This document shows positions 1 to 13,936 of a stretch of DNA of 64,000 bases, piece by piece. Within the stretch, counting starts at the first letter, position 1. Each line of letters starts with the position of its first letter. Below the pieces are notes generated by a model. That model was not told the DNA's origin. It made no database searches and saw only the letters and a list, made by a program, of their open reading frames with translations. The stretch is from Phoronis australis (lineage: Eukaryota; Animalia; Phoronida): NCBI GenBank assembly GCA_002633005.1, contig NMRA01000780.1, positions 1-64,000 of the forward strand, given 5' to 3'. The position numbers were made by a program, and so were the translations under genes.

Positions 1-3000
1 TCACCGCAACTGTGTGTGGTTTTGCATTTCACATCATAAAGAGTTCCATAGCAACTCGAGTACGATTCTCAGATTTTAGTACGTTTGGAGTATACTCCAA
101 ATGCGAGATTAGATACGCTTTTTCGAGTACGACTCCAGTGAGCACGATTTTGAGTATGAAATCTCGAGTATGAGTATGAGTCTGAGTACGGAGATTGGAG
201 ACCGGGCCCAGGTCGTTTCTGCCGCCACAACACTGAGCAGGCCTGGAAATAATGAATACAGTGTACATGTATGTAAACAAACGTCACATCCGGGATGCTC
301 TGTCTAAATGTACATGTGGATGTACTGAGGTGCAGCTCCGTGTCGCCCAAATTCCCCCTCAATTCGCAATGCCGAGAGCAGAACGTGGAGCGACGGTTCA
401 GTTAAATTGTTATACAAGTGTAAGCGTCCATGGGACGTCTGGAAGAGTACGACGCATCTTTGAGAGAACAGGAGTATAAACGTTTTTAAAACTTTTCAAC
501 ACAATACGTCATTACCTGTTGTTTCTCAAGGACCACTTAGAACCATGCGTGCAATCTGATACTATCTACCATGTTACATGTACGTAAGGAGACTACACAG
601 CCTCTAACCTTGCGAATCCTATCGTTCACTGGTAGCTTTTCTAGCATTGTATTACAGACGACCCAGTGGTACCAATTCCTTTATACTTTCACATTCGCTG
701 GACGCGGGTCATACTATCGACTAGAATAACGTAAGACTGTTGTTTTAGGATCCAACTTGGTTCGAAATAGGGGTTAGAGGATCCAGGTAACTCGCCATGG
801 TTCTGTTGCACGGTTCCAAATCCCTAGGATAAACACCTTGGCAGCTCGGTGGTGCTTGAGACCCGATAAGTAAGGTACCAGTAAAATGAGCCGCCGCACT
901 AATAATGTTCATTCGGCATAATTCCAAAGATTTTCAAACTTAGTTGAATACATTATGAATTTTTAGTTTATTTTTCATTTTTCTGGTACAACACCACCTA
1001 AAGTGGTCGCTGTTTGGCTTATGCATTATAAGTACTCACTCAACTACCGCAAACGAGGTCTCGGCGGAAACACTTTATATATAAACATGATAGCAAAATA
1101 AGGCAAGCCAGGTTGAGGGTTACAATACATGATGTACATCTATGTTTCAGCGATATCGTTCGACTGTCGAAATTCATCCTGTGTTGTTTTAAATTTGGGA
1201 ATGTAAAGGAAAACGTACCTTTAGAAGAAAGAAGTCAAGGTCTGGGAAGCGTTTCAAGACATGAGACCAAAAACCTGTCTCATTTAGGACTGAGATTCTG
1301 GCTAGTTTAGAACAGAAACAAAATTTCGGAAACGACCATTTCTAAAACAAAAAGCCTGGTTTTGGTCTTAGACCGAGACTAAGCCAGTATTCACTCGTTT
1401 TTTGTTTCTAACTTAGAAGACCGAAACCGGGTTAACATGTGACTTATTTGTCTTAATGTCATTGTGTCAAATCAGATTCAGCTATGAGTGTCTAACTCTC
1501 TACCGAGCAGACGTAAGATCATATTTTGGTCTAAATGGAAAATTTTCGACTGTCAACACAGTGAACTGTTAAGGAAGAAATTTCGTTGCTGTGTCATTAT
1601 GTTTTGCAAACCGTAAATCTGCTTTGATTCAGAATCCGGCAACGCACCGAAGAGACAACTGCATTGCTACTTACCTGGAAGTGTGAAGCCATATTTTCCA
1701 GCCATACCGGCACCTTCATAAGTAAACAAGCCTAAAATTTTACTTATGACTCGCAATGTGTGGCACAACAATGGTCACGAAAATTCTCGACCATTCACGC
1801 ATCCCGTCGTTTTAGTTTTGTAAATCAGCAAAAGGTAGCGAAAATGTACATCTAGTTAATGTTGTCAGCTGTGGCAAAAACTGGCTCTTGACTAAGGTGA
1901 AAACCAAAGATCAAAATGACTTAGGTTTTGCGTGACTCATGAAACGATTTTTTTCAATTTAAGTCTTCAGTTTCAACCGAGCCCGAACCTTGGTTTTGAC
2001 TTAGAAAAATATTTGGTTTGATAAATTTACTTTTGCTGCAACAGGTTCCATGTAACCGTCACTTACTATATGATACCGATCTGGATTACTTAAACATTGA
2101 AAAATTCCATAAACTTGTCCCTCGTTTTTAACGGACAAAACTCTAAATCAACATTACTTTTTGGCGAAAGACAAACTCATAGAGCCGCTTTAATAGAAAT
2201 TGACCTCACCGAGAAGGCAAAGCGTTGGATACAACTTGCATCTGCTCTTCATCTTGTCTAGCTTGAAATTATCTTTTAAGTCTTCAACTTCAATGCTTAC
2301 AACGACAATGTGAAATAACAATTCTATGTTTCTATTTATACTTAAATGTATACCATTGCTACACACGGGGCATGGTACAGGGTGTTTCAAAGCCCACAAC
2401 TGATTTGAAAACAAATATTGCGCAACTTACTCCTGTAGTATGTAATAGTGAAACCTAAATTTCATTTAGGCTGTTTCTACAGTTATGAAATTTGTTTCAA
2501 CTTCTTACAATCTCAAATATAAAATAATATGACAGGACTAACTAAATGTAACGGTTCGTTTCGTTGTATGTTTGAGACGATATTCCAGAAGTTGGCTCCA
2601 CCCAGCGGGTTATTTCTGTGCTGAACTTTTTCTCACGCTATAACTAAAGGCGTGATCTTGCAAAGTCCCGACTCCACTTCCTTTTGTTGTAACGAAAAAA
2701 TTGTGACCATTTCCATAACAGTAAGTTGCCTTCATTAGATTTTTTATAGAAAGTGGTGTCTTATATATATTTTTTCCACGAGTGTCTGCTTGTGCCCAGT
2801 GCCCACTAAAGGTTGGCGGATTCAGAGAAACAGCAGTGGTTACTTACAACCATTCTTTTGACACGCTCTGCATTTTTTTTCAAATTTTCTGTGATCACGC
2901 CTAAATTACAGCATCTAGGAAAGCAATGTAGTTTTAATTAAAACTAGGTTTCATTAAGTGCCCGCAATTTAAAGTCGATAATTGCACGTTCAGTAAATAA

Positions 3001-5459
3001 CGGACCACCCACAGATGATTTTTACTGTTGACACTCATTACAAACTTGTGCATGTCATAATCATCGGTTAGCCTTTTCATATTAGTCCATTTAGAACTGC
3101 ACGTCCATCCTTACATGTACAAGCAGTAAGAGCGAATCTTCTCAAGTGAAAACATTTTTCTCACGGGTAATTTCGTAATTGCCAATACGCTCCCTTTCAC
3201 ATCGGCAAACCACATTTTCAGCTTTTGGCAGTACATATAAATCGTGATACAACATGCGCGATACTACGTATCAAAATGTTCTGTATAGTGCAGGTAGACA
3301 GTGCTGACTGAAAATCTCTTCCCATCGAACGCGGCTGTACCGCGTTTGGATACAGGTTCAAATGTGCGGACATCGTTGGGCCTGATTAATCCGAAATGAA
3401 GTCGCGTCCGTACTATGACTCGACTTCTGTTAAAGTTCGTTCCAAAAACATGTCTATCTCTGGAAATATGGGGGGTGGGGGTTCAGTTCGCGTATGACGA
3501 AATGATTACGTGTACAATGCCACACTATAGAAACCACGGGTCACGCGGATCTCGGTCGGGATTATAGATGTACATGTAAGATATCTGATGCAATGTTACT
3601 AAATAGTGACGTTTGTTAGATACAGCTACGTATCACCGACGTTGTCGCTTACTTTACCCAACTTTTCCTGATCCCTGGTCATGATTGCGATTTCAGAGGT
3701 GAACTTTTGAAAAACTTGGATCTGCGAGAACGGCATGTGACTGTGATGTGTTTGGGAGGCACAGAATGGAAAATTTAATGAAATGAATAAAACTGTCTTT
3801 CTCGGCACAAATGTTAGTAGTTTGTCTTCCTGGTAGAATATTTAACGTATTTTGCATAAACGGCACACCGTCACAGCTTGTGTATAAATTTCGACTTGGG
3901 CAATGTCCTCCGCCTTGTAAAAGTTTAACCCGGATCAGTGACGAGTGGAAAATGAAATTAATTGTGAGGCGTGCCTATAGATTAAAAAAAGTTTACATCT
4001 GTACCACGGACTATCCGGCGCAATATACATTGAAGGCACGCAACTCATCAATTTCATTTGCAATTTTGATGTTTCTGTTCTAAAAAAATCGAAACGACGC
4101 CATGGATTTTTCAACAGCAACAAAAGCGATATTGACCAAATGAACCTCAAGTATACACTAGCTCAGTGGCACAATGTTTGTAAATAGCAAGTTAACGGGC
4201 ATGTAGTGACAGAGCCCTATACCGTGGTCTAGATTGGGTGAGCCACTAAAGGAGTAGTGTCGAGAGTGAACTTTCATAATTACAGACCCGTTGCCAGGGG
4301 GTTTGGGGAGGGGCGATTGACACCCCGCGGAAAGGTCCAGTCCTAGCCTGTTAAGCGAACTGCCTTGCTTTTGTCTACCGCTAGGATCACTTTATCATTC
4401 ATCAGCTACAAATTACGCACGCACGTACGCAATGGTGTTCTATTTAGACCCCTATTCAATACAATATGGGCCTTTTGTTGTTTGTGCTGGGATCTCGTGG
4501 TGACGCAACATGGCACGAAGAGGTAGCTTTACCTATAATTTGACGGGCTTACCTTCGCGTGATAGAACTCGCGTTTTCTTAAGTTTGTAAGGCTTTTCTA
4601 GGAATTTCTGGTTAGCCCAGTACACCTGTAATAACAAAATTTTCTTTGAAGTTACGCTTTAAGGAAATTGGGGAAATTGTGTTTGTTATCCCAATACACT
4701 CCTGATTGTATTACATCAAACAAGTGAACATTTTTTTACAACATAATAAACATATTCAGGTGAAGATGCAAGGTTTGATGCTAAGATTAATCCTCAAAAA
4801 CACCTCTAACACTACTTTTAGCAAAGCCAACGACCTTGTCTGGTGTAACTGTGGTAATCATTCATGTTTGCAGTTATCCCAGCATTTGATTTGATGCTTA
4901 TAATAATGCTGCTGGTTGTGGTAGTAATTGACGCGCCCTTGATAAAGGTTCAATTAATTCAATCTGTGACGTTGTTGTTTGAAGTTTTAATTGATGTCGA
5001 TGTTTTTATTGGCCATACGCAGTATTTATGCCGTTAAAACGGTCATTTTTGCATGGCCAAATTTGCTTCTGTTTTTGATATAACTTTAATAAAAAACGGT
5101 GTTTATTGTAAGCAATTAAAAATCTTCACAGTTTCGTTGGTATGTGGGATATGTAGCAAATTAAGGCCGGCATTAATCAAAATACCGTAAACGTTCGGAT
5201 TAACGCCCTGGGAGAGCTAAAAAATTGGGTGATGGGCGGTTACCCAGACATGGGCGCTTAAATGTGAAATTTTAGGAAATCGTGGGTGGGCGGTTAACCG
5301 AAAATGGGCGCTTATCACGACAGACAACCGGCCTGTGCGGATAATATTTCCTCGTGATCTGAGTTCCCACACGACACACGTACTCGAAACGCGTAGCACT
5401 TTTCAAAGAGCTTTATCATCACGCCGCCAAATGACGTAAAAATATCATGACAGAGGATG

Positions 5460-5615
5460 CAGCGGCGTATCCAAGATTTTGAGTTAGGGGAGCCAGGACA
5501 GAGTATTGGCTAGGATTTTGCCCGTCAGACGTTCCCACTCCCGAACTGCCAAATGGAATCTGGGAGAATTTTAGGGGGGCATGGCCCCGTTGGACCCCCT
5601 CTAAATCCTCCACTG
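5460..5615. mobile_element. Short MITE-like element (CAGTGGCGGAT...ATCCGCCACTG family)
   Basis: Imperfect terminal inverted repeats; related ends near 10330-10486, 34973-35910, 46530 and 63379. Confidence 0.5.
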
Positions 5616-7984
5616 GTAATAGCTCCGTGCCGTCCTGCGGTCTTGTTACTTTGTTAGAGTTGTAGTGCGCAGACGACTAGTGACCACGCAGCGTTCCACC
5701 TGGGTTGCTACTATTCTCACGCGGTGACACCTTCAGAAGTGCGCGCCTGCAAGCTCCACTTGTTGCAGAGTTCGCGGCCGACATCCAATTTACGGTAACA
5801 CTCGTGCTAGGTGTCAAGTTCCGAGTAAGAGAGCAGTTTTAAAATTAGTTGTGTAAAAGTTTGGAAAAATAATTCAGGTGTTTATTTTGTGTTTGGGATG
5901 TTTATGTTCCAGATTCCGTGACTCAATGACATTTTCAACTTATGGTTCTGCGGCTAGCTGTTTTAAGTCGACTGCATGGCATTGCTCAATTCCCGTTGCG
6001 TGAAATACGGTACGCACAGAAGACAAGAATCAGAGGTAAGCGGACATGAGTCAATCGTCAATAGAAAGTTACCGAGTCGGTGTTGTTGCCCCCGGGATTC
6101 TGTGCTCGGCATATATAACGAACTGCAGGTCGCATTGGCGATCTGAAATTTGGAAATGCGAGCCTGGTCATCTTGTATCTAGGCGCAACATGCGACCTAG
6201 AATTTGGAACTTACATGTCGCGTGAGCATATAATTCAGAAACTATCTGTGACGCGTTTCATTGGCTAAAGTTTTGGCTACTTTTGCAATTTTTCAGATAC
6301 GCCGAAGAAAATTTCGAAATACAACATAAATATGTGATAAAACGTCACAAAACAGCGATGTTTGTATTCATTCTTCAACGATAAACTTGCAAAACTTTGT
6401 GGTGGAAAAACACATTTATTTTACATGCAAGATGTCCAGATTATCTTTTTATAATAGCATCTTCAATACTGCATTGCGCAATGGTCGGTCCTGCTATTTG
6501 CGCCCAATGTACCGGCTGACAATCGTGACTTGGAAATGCCGTCAGGTAAATATAACAGCCTCTTTCAATATGCGTCTCGTCTTTTATGGCAAAAGACAGT
6601 GGCGGGATTCAACACTCTCGTACGTAAGAGACACCTGTCACTCACTGCGTTGGTGTCAACGCAGCAAGCACTCCAGAGTGAGGGAATTTGCGCGCGTGCA
6701 GCAATACAAGGTCGCACATCGAAAGAGAACAGCGACAGTCCTAAATAAAATAGTATACGGTCGTGACTGTACTTTTAAGCTGTTATAAAAGACCCAGTGC
6801 TTTACGATATTGCTCGGTTCCAATGTTCTGATACTTTCAGGATCGATCTTCCCTAGGACCGATGTACCATACTTGTAGCTAGCTGCGTGAACCTCCTCCC
6901 CACTATCGCCAATTTTCGGTCAGTCTGCGTCGTAGATATTTAAGACTCGACTGGTAAGGATTTTGTTCAGGCTGAAACTGGCCATTGTAGAAACAAAATT
7001 ATGCGTTGGCTAAAAAGGTAGGTGGAAACAATAATTCACACAGTCACGCCTGACAGGGGTTGTCGCAAGAAATCGTATTAGAAAGAACCGCCAGCGACAT
7101 AGGTGAAATCTGTTAACGCCAATTTGACTGAGATACAATAAAGAAAAACAAAATTTGACAAGTATTTTTTTATTACTTTCAAGATGATACACAAACATCC
7201 TATTGCTAACCATTGAATTCAGAAATCAAGAGGCAGCAACTCGTTAACCCAGTGAGGCACGCTGTCCTTTCGGTCGCAACACATCCTCTAGAACCCGGCA
7301 ATTACATTCATCAAAATTGGGAGAAATTGACATCTTTCCGTGAGTTATGGGAATTCTTCAAAATACGAGATCTTCTCACCTAAAGCGAACTGAGAGGGTT
7401 GGAAAAACCACTGCCACATTCAGTTCTTTGGCCTGATTTTTTCGAATATATGTTTTATCTGGTGCACTACAGACGGAAACTCAGCGCGGCAAACAACATC
7501 GCTGAAAGCGGAGGTATTTAAACCGGAGGATTCTTAAACTTTGAGAACATGGGATGAAAATAACGTGACAAAAACGTTCAAATATTATATTTTGAAGAAA
7601 GTCCATGACGCAGGATAATAATTCGTTACTTGTATTATAACTCACATTGCTAAACCGCCGTCTCAGAGGCCGTCGTTGCACTCATTGTAATCATCGATCT
7701 CATCTAAAAGTCGGGGAATCGCTCGTTTCCTTAGCACGGTAAATTGTCAGTCTTTAAAAGTCGGGGACGGTCGCTCGAAGGCGTCCGAAGAGCGGGGCCT
7801 TTCTATATTAATATAGATGGCTCCACTTTTGAGTCCCAAAATTCAATTTCTTGCCCATGTCATTCTAAAAAAATAAGTCATTTTGAATAACAAGCTGTTA
7901 TAACTGGCATACAATTCTGTTTTCAAAATTTGCCTACTTGTAACATAGTAGATGCTAGAAACAAACAATTTGAATACTCGAAAC

Positions 7985-8568
7985 ATGTTTGGGCTGAGTC
8001 TGTTGTAGCAAAACCCAAGTTAAGAACATACATTTTATTTAAGCACGAGTTTTTAACTGAACCCTATGTGAAGCTTAATTAATCTCGTTCCGAGAGATCA
8101 CTTTTGGCTCAGTTTAGAGCAGGAAATCTCCCATTGCACTTGGAAACAGGTCGTTATGTAAACACTCCTATAAGTGAATGATTTTGCTTGTGTTGTGACT
8201 CTGGCTCTGTGGAGGATGAGCTACATTTTGTGTTTGATTGTTCTCTTTATAACTCACGGAGGTCTATTCTATTTAGTAATTTTTCACTTCAAGTCCCGAA
8301 CTTCGCAGATTTGAGAAGATTAAATACGTTAAAACTGCTGTTTCAGTATTTCCCTAGGCAATTTGCCAAATATGTCAAGTCTGCTTTGAACGTCATGAAA
8401 CCGACGCATTTATGGTAGGCCTACTTCTGAGTTGTGTGGTTAAAGTGACTAATAAGCCCAACTGGGATGGGTACTTATTTTTCTTGCGAATGTTATTAAT
8501 ACCTATAACTGTTTGAATTAATTGTATTTGTCAGTATAATAAAAGAATACAATACAATACAATACAAT
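7985..8568 (+). mobile_element. 5'-truncated non-LTR retrotransposon (LINE) 3' end, degenerate
   Basis: KPKLRTYILFK...LLAQFRAGNLPLHLETGRY...C..C....EDELHFVFDCSLY: LINE ORF2 C-terminal cysteine motif with in-frame stops, followed by AATAAA and an (AATAC)n tail. Confidence 0.85.
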
Positions 8569-9527
8569 GCATGCGTGTACACGTGTGTGTTTCCATTCTT
8601 TTAAATTCAGTATAAAAATCAAGCAAATTTCCACTATTACGATCTAATCTAGAAATGCGCTCGATTAAACTTGTCGCGCATGCCTTAAGTTGTGTTGGTA
8701 CACAATACTGTAGTTACTGTAAGTTGGTTAGAGCTTACAGTCAAACAAGGGAATCAACAGGTGAAAGTTTAGTTCAATTTCTCTTAAAGTCAACCGTTTT
8801 TCTTCATTCTAAGTTTTTGGTGGAAATATTTCATCCAAAACATAAAGCTACTACCTGCATTTAGTTTCGACCCGGCTGTCTGCGTGGTTTCGTACGTTGA
8901 GGTTGGGGCGCAGCGACCCTCAACTTCAGTTTCAGTCGCACTGTGAAATGACGCGATCTTGGCATGGTTTGATGAATGTATCTTAGTTGGTAATTCATCA
9001 ATGTTCCTATTTCACATTCTTTTAAGATGCCAGTACGTACTAATTTTTCCGTATTCGTTTGATATGAGGGCAATTTCGCAAGTGCAAGAAATCCTAACAA
9101 AAGGTTTTAGTTAGTCCCCTTGCGTTGTTTCCGGCATAGATACACAACTCAATGCATCTAATAGTCGAAATATCGTTTATTTTTTGCTTGTAAAAGTATA
9201 AAAATTACACATGAGTCCGAAATTTTATAGATGTTCGGAATAAAGAACCTTCGGATTAGTGAATCTGCGAAGTGGTGAGCCTTCGTAATAGTTAACCTCA
9301 GGAGTAATAAACCTTTCATAATAGTAGGGTTTTCCCATTTCCAGAGATTTAAACAATTTCAGAAATACGCAAAACCAAAACCGGATAAAAAAAATCGTCA
9401 AGTCATTTTGCGACTAAATATTTCCGTCCGAGTATGTAATGACGTGTAATGACGTATTTAAGCACGCCTGATTTGAAAGTTGGGCAGGAGGTAACGCGAG
9501 AACGTTCTCTTTCTGCGGGACCACATT

Positions 9528-9871
9528 CACGGGTGAGAAACAACATGACCGCTGGTCCTCTTAAATCGGACCGCCTCACCCAAAACAGGACCTCCAGGGA
9601 TCAAATGGGACCGTCGCACCAGAAAATGGGACTGGCGCACCTAAAAACGTGACCGCCCCACCAGAAAACAGGACCGCCGGGGACTCAACATGACCACCGG
9701 GGATTGAAACCGCATATTGTCCGGCGGTCATGTTCAGTCCCCGGCGGTCCTGTTTTGTGGTTGGGCGGTCATGTTTTTAGGTGCGTCAGTCCCATTTGTT
9801 CCCCTTAGGTCCTGTTTTGGGTAAGTCAGTCCGATTTAGAGGACCGGCTGTCATGATGTTTCTCACCCGTG
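9528..9871. mobile_element. Fold-back MITE with CAC...GTG termini and 5-bp TSD
   Basis: Ends CACGGGTGAGAAACA / TGTTTCTCACCCGTG; the arms are inverted over most of the 344 bp; ACATT duplicated at 9523-9527 and 9872-9876. Confidence 0.9.
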
Positions 9872-10201
9872 ACATTGCATCCGAATTTTGAGCCGTTCTT
9901 TGCGAGCAACCGTCACGGTATCCTCATTTATGGTACAGTGTAATACGAATTCCGTCTCATCTCAGGAACATGAAACTGAGAATCATTTTTGTGTATACCA
10001 ATGTTCCTTCCCCTAATTAAGTTGAGTCCATTGCCTTACCGAAAACTTTACATTGTCGAAGTTTGTAAAATATCGAAGGCCAATCGTTCTAGAAATTCGA
10101 TCCACCCCCCTACGTAATGCTGGCTACGGGCCTGTTGTGCGTGAAGTTCCTGTATCAGACACCAGAGGTAAGTCACATTAATATTTGCAGACATGTTTCT
10201 G

Positions 10202-12903
10202 CAGGCCCGTAGGAAGGCAAGAATTATTGGGGGAACAAACCATTTCGACTGATTTCGCCAAACNCCCACGTGCTCTCGCTGCCACTACATTTGTACCGAA
10301 TCTCCCAAGTCCGACCCAGGTGGGAGGCGTAGTAGCGGATTTAGGGATGGCCAAGGGGCCATGGTCCACCTAAGATTCTCCCTGATTGCATTTGGCAGAT
10401 CGGGGGTTCGAATTTCTGACGGGTAAAACCCTGGCTAATACTCTGCCCTGCCATCCTTCCAACTCAAAATCCTGGATCCGCCCCAGTTACAATCCCGTGG
10501 ATGAAGCCATCAAGAGTTGAGTGATCAACACGGATAGTAAGAATGGGCCTAGGACCAGAGTGTATTGACCCGTAGCGAAGAGTTGCTTCTAGTAGCTATA
10601 GCTAAGATCTAGCAATGTGAAAGTACGAAATTCCCGATGAACTAAAAACTTAAGCTAGTTGCTGGTCAGCTCAGCTGTGATTCACTTGAGACAGGCAGCT
10701 CGTAACGTCCGTCTGCGCTCGTTCAAAGGTCAAGATTCGTTTTATTATGTTCCAATTTCGGGAAAACTTTATTCGATTACGATCATCATTTGATGGAGCT
10801 TTTTTTGAAAAGGTAAGGTCCCGAAGTCCCTGGTATATTGCCTCTGGAGCTGTTTCAAAATGCCTAATTGAAACACGCCAGGTAGTCCAGTTTCTGGTCG
10901 CTGGGGAAAAGGATAGTGTGTCCCAAAAATGTACACTTTTCCTGAACACCTTGAGTTCAGATTCAGTTCCCGTGGATCACTGAGACCTTCACGGGCCTAC
11001 TGCATGTTTACATTCTATTTTTAACGCGGGCAATTCATTCATGACGTGCACGCGAATCAGGACAAACAATCAATTCAGTTTTGAAGAACAAAAATTCATT
11101 GCTCAATACTACTGGAATCTAAAAACACCAAGAAAGTGCAAAGACAACCTTTCCAAGCAATGAGTTTAATTTATTTATTTAATGATTTTTAAAACGTTTT
11201 TTCTTTCTACGGTTTGTGCAGTGTCCGAATTTTATCAATGTCATTGAGAGTTATTTTAGATATGAAGAAATTGTTTATACATGTAAGTGTACTTTGTTAT
11301 TTGGGGATCGGAATATAGAGATTTTCCAACTTCAGGATACAATCAAATTCACTGAAACATCATTAATTCGTTCTAGATTAGCTTCTAATTGTCAAAAATC
11401 ATCTATAAACCTGTCGATTTTCGTAGATACATAAACAAGTAAACCAGAAACCAACGAATTTTTTTATCAAAACGGAATGCTATAAGGGGGGGGGGGGGAT
11501 ACGGGGAATTCGCATTAAGGTGTATTTTTGTTCATTTCAGAGGTACCTATAACGGTTTACGAAGTAAACTTGAACTCCACTGACAAAAATACGCTGAAAT
11601 CTTTGTGTATGAATGTGAGAGTTCTTTGAGTACCTCTTTCGACATGTACAAGGTCATCACAAATAGTAGCCTAGAAAGCAATGTTTTCCACACGTGGGAA
11701 TTCCTTGCTAACAACTAACTCATAGTCAAAAGAGATATTATTTTTGTGATACTACGGGAAACAGTTATTTTATAACTAACCATTGGAAATACATGTAGTG
11801 CTTTTGTGTAGTTCACAAATAGTGGTCTTCACGTTCTTCAAAATTCCACCTTTTCGATGGCGGCAATCCTACTCTATTTTTTCACATTTTTGCTTGTTTG
11901 GGTCGAATGGCTGTGATGTGCACGAATGTTTTGTGTTGTTTTTGGTGAATTTGGAATCTCACGTTCCATCGTGAATACTTGGCAGTGTGGGATTTACATG
12001 TATAGAGGGACAAAGGGACATTTTTCCCGAACTACTCTACCGAGAGAGGGTACCGTCTGAAATGGGACATCTTAAGATGAAAGCCTAAACATCATTATGC
12101 TTGAAGAAAAGTGACGGTGCATTCCACCGTCGTGTGGTCCCAAAACGATGCAGGGAGAAACCCACTTCAACATGAAAGCCGGTTGCAAGATTTCACAAAA
12201 ACAGTAAAATAGAGGTAATCGATTCCAACATTGGGCCCTCTCTCCTTGAGCGGCCCCTTAAGAATTAGTCAATATAAACACAAAAAGGTTGGCCACTTCA
12301 ATGTCATCAATGGTTTCCTTCAAGGGCGGGGCCCCTAGAAATGAATATATCTATATTTCCAATTATCAGGAAATACGCAGCAATTGATGTTTTCTGTAAG
12401 GTCATCAATTCTTAAGTGCTATACAGTTTCGAGAGAAAAACAAAACGAAAGATGTCTCCGTTAATCCTTGCCAGAGAAAGGCATCTGGAAAAATACAATT
12501 TTGTATCCGCAAAATTGACTTATTGAATTTAAAAATCCAGTAAATTAGTACGCTCCGCAAAAGCTTCGCTTTATAAATTTTCCCGATTTTTCGAAATACA
12601 TGTACATGTATGATTGATTTCGTGCACGTTTTCAAGTGCGTTTAGACGACATGTACTGCAAAAGCGGAGACCCTGACGACAATGTCCTGGCCAACGTCCT
12701 CAAAAGGTAAACCATGCACTGATTCAGAGTTGTTAAATGTTCACTTGAATTTTCTCTCTTATCCATATTTCGCAATCTTTCTTTTCCCGATTTTCCCCGG
12801 CCCCACGCCTATATCGGTTGTCACGGTTTAACCCAGACGCCTGAAAATTTTTTTGGGGACCCGTGCCCCACCTCTCCCCCACCCTCCGCTTCCTACGTCC
12901 CTG
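10202..12903 (+). mobile_element. ~2.7-kb composite non-autonomous DNA element, copy 1
   Basis: Imperfect TIRs CAGGCCCGTAGGAAG / CTTCCTACGTCCCTG; reverse-complement similarity along its length to 39933-42889 and 43600-46120. Confidence 0.75.
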
Positions 12904-13859
12904 AAATGTTACTGATGCTCACAGTTCACGTCGAACTTCAGTGCATCTTCGTCCGCACCGAAAACATTTGCTGAACTGAAAGGCTTGTTGAACAGGCTAC
13001 TTTGTTAGTCAGTAAAGGTTGATTTAACTAGGATAATTTCATGGTGTCTGAGCAAAAATAAGAAAAACATCCACTTCTTTCAATATGAGAAATGGGCATG
13101 TTGATCACAACCGGCGATTTGCGTTTAGATTTTGACTCAAACTACGCCAATTAGGATTGTAAAAGCATGCTTTTGATGCCCTGCTGATATAAGTACAGCG
13201 ACTGGTCACCTCCTTGATTGACCACTAAAGAAACTGATTATATTTATTGATCACCAGCTAGCTGAGTCCAGCATAGACAAATGCTCATTTTTTCTTTGCT
13301 TGTGAGGTATGCAAGGAGCAGCTTTTCCAGACAATCGAACAATACTCCAATACTTCTAAGAAATTTTCTGAAATTCCGCAAGTGTACAACAAAATTAATT
13401 TTTTTCTATATGGAAGTCAAGAACTCAACCCAAATGAAAATAAGGTTTTATTCGAAATAGTATCAAAATTTCTTTATAATACTAAATCTCTTTGTGTGAG
13501 TGGATAGAATTGTGTAAATGTGTATGAAAATGATTTATTTACTTTCGTACTCATGTGTCATTGTAATCTTAACAACATTATTTTTAATTTATGTATTTGT
13601 GTAAAATAATTGTATATAGATTTCTTTTTGTTGTATTTGTGTAAAATAATTGTATATAGATTTCTGTGTACTTTTTAACCCAGATATAATGCCTTTTGGC
13701 GCTTTCTGGGTTATGTATACTCATTGTATCGAGGATTTCATAATAAACATTATAAAAAAGTCCAGCATAGACCCGGTATGTATATTGCGTAACAACACTC
13801 TGCAGCATTGGCTTACATGAGTGGTGTAACAATGTTCAACTGAGCCTTACAGTCCTTAC

Positions 13860-13936
13860 ATGTATGTGTACATGTGTATCTGCGTTTGTGTGCGTGTGCG
13901 TGCGCGTGCGTGCATGTGCGCGTGGACGTGTGTGTA
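13860..13936. repeat. Degenerate (GT/GC)n microsatellite
   Basis: Alternating purine-pyrimidine run. Confidence 0.8.

Noticed and set aside
5350-5400. Second hammerhead (GAAACGCGTA with GAGT/ACTC stem)
   Set aside because: The CTGATGA box is not conserved.
6387-6788. 133-aa ORF
   Set aside because: Non-ATG start, no domain similarity recognised, composition like non-coding DNA.
9230-9320. Short ~16-bp periodic repeats as a CRISPR-like array
   Set aside because: Degenerate tandem units with no unique spacers, in a eukaryotic context; typical transposon subterminal repeats.
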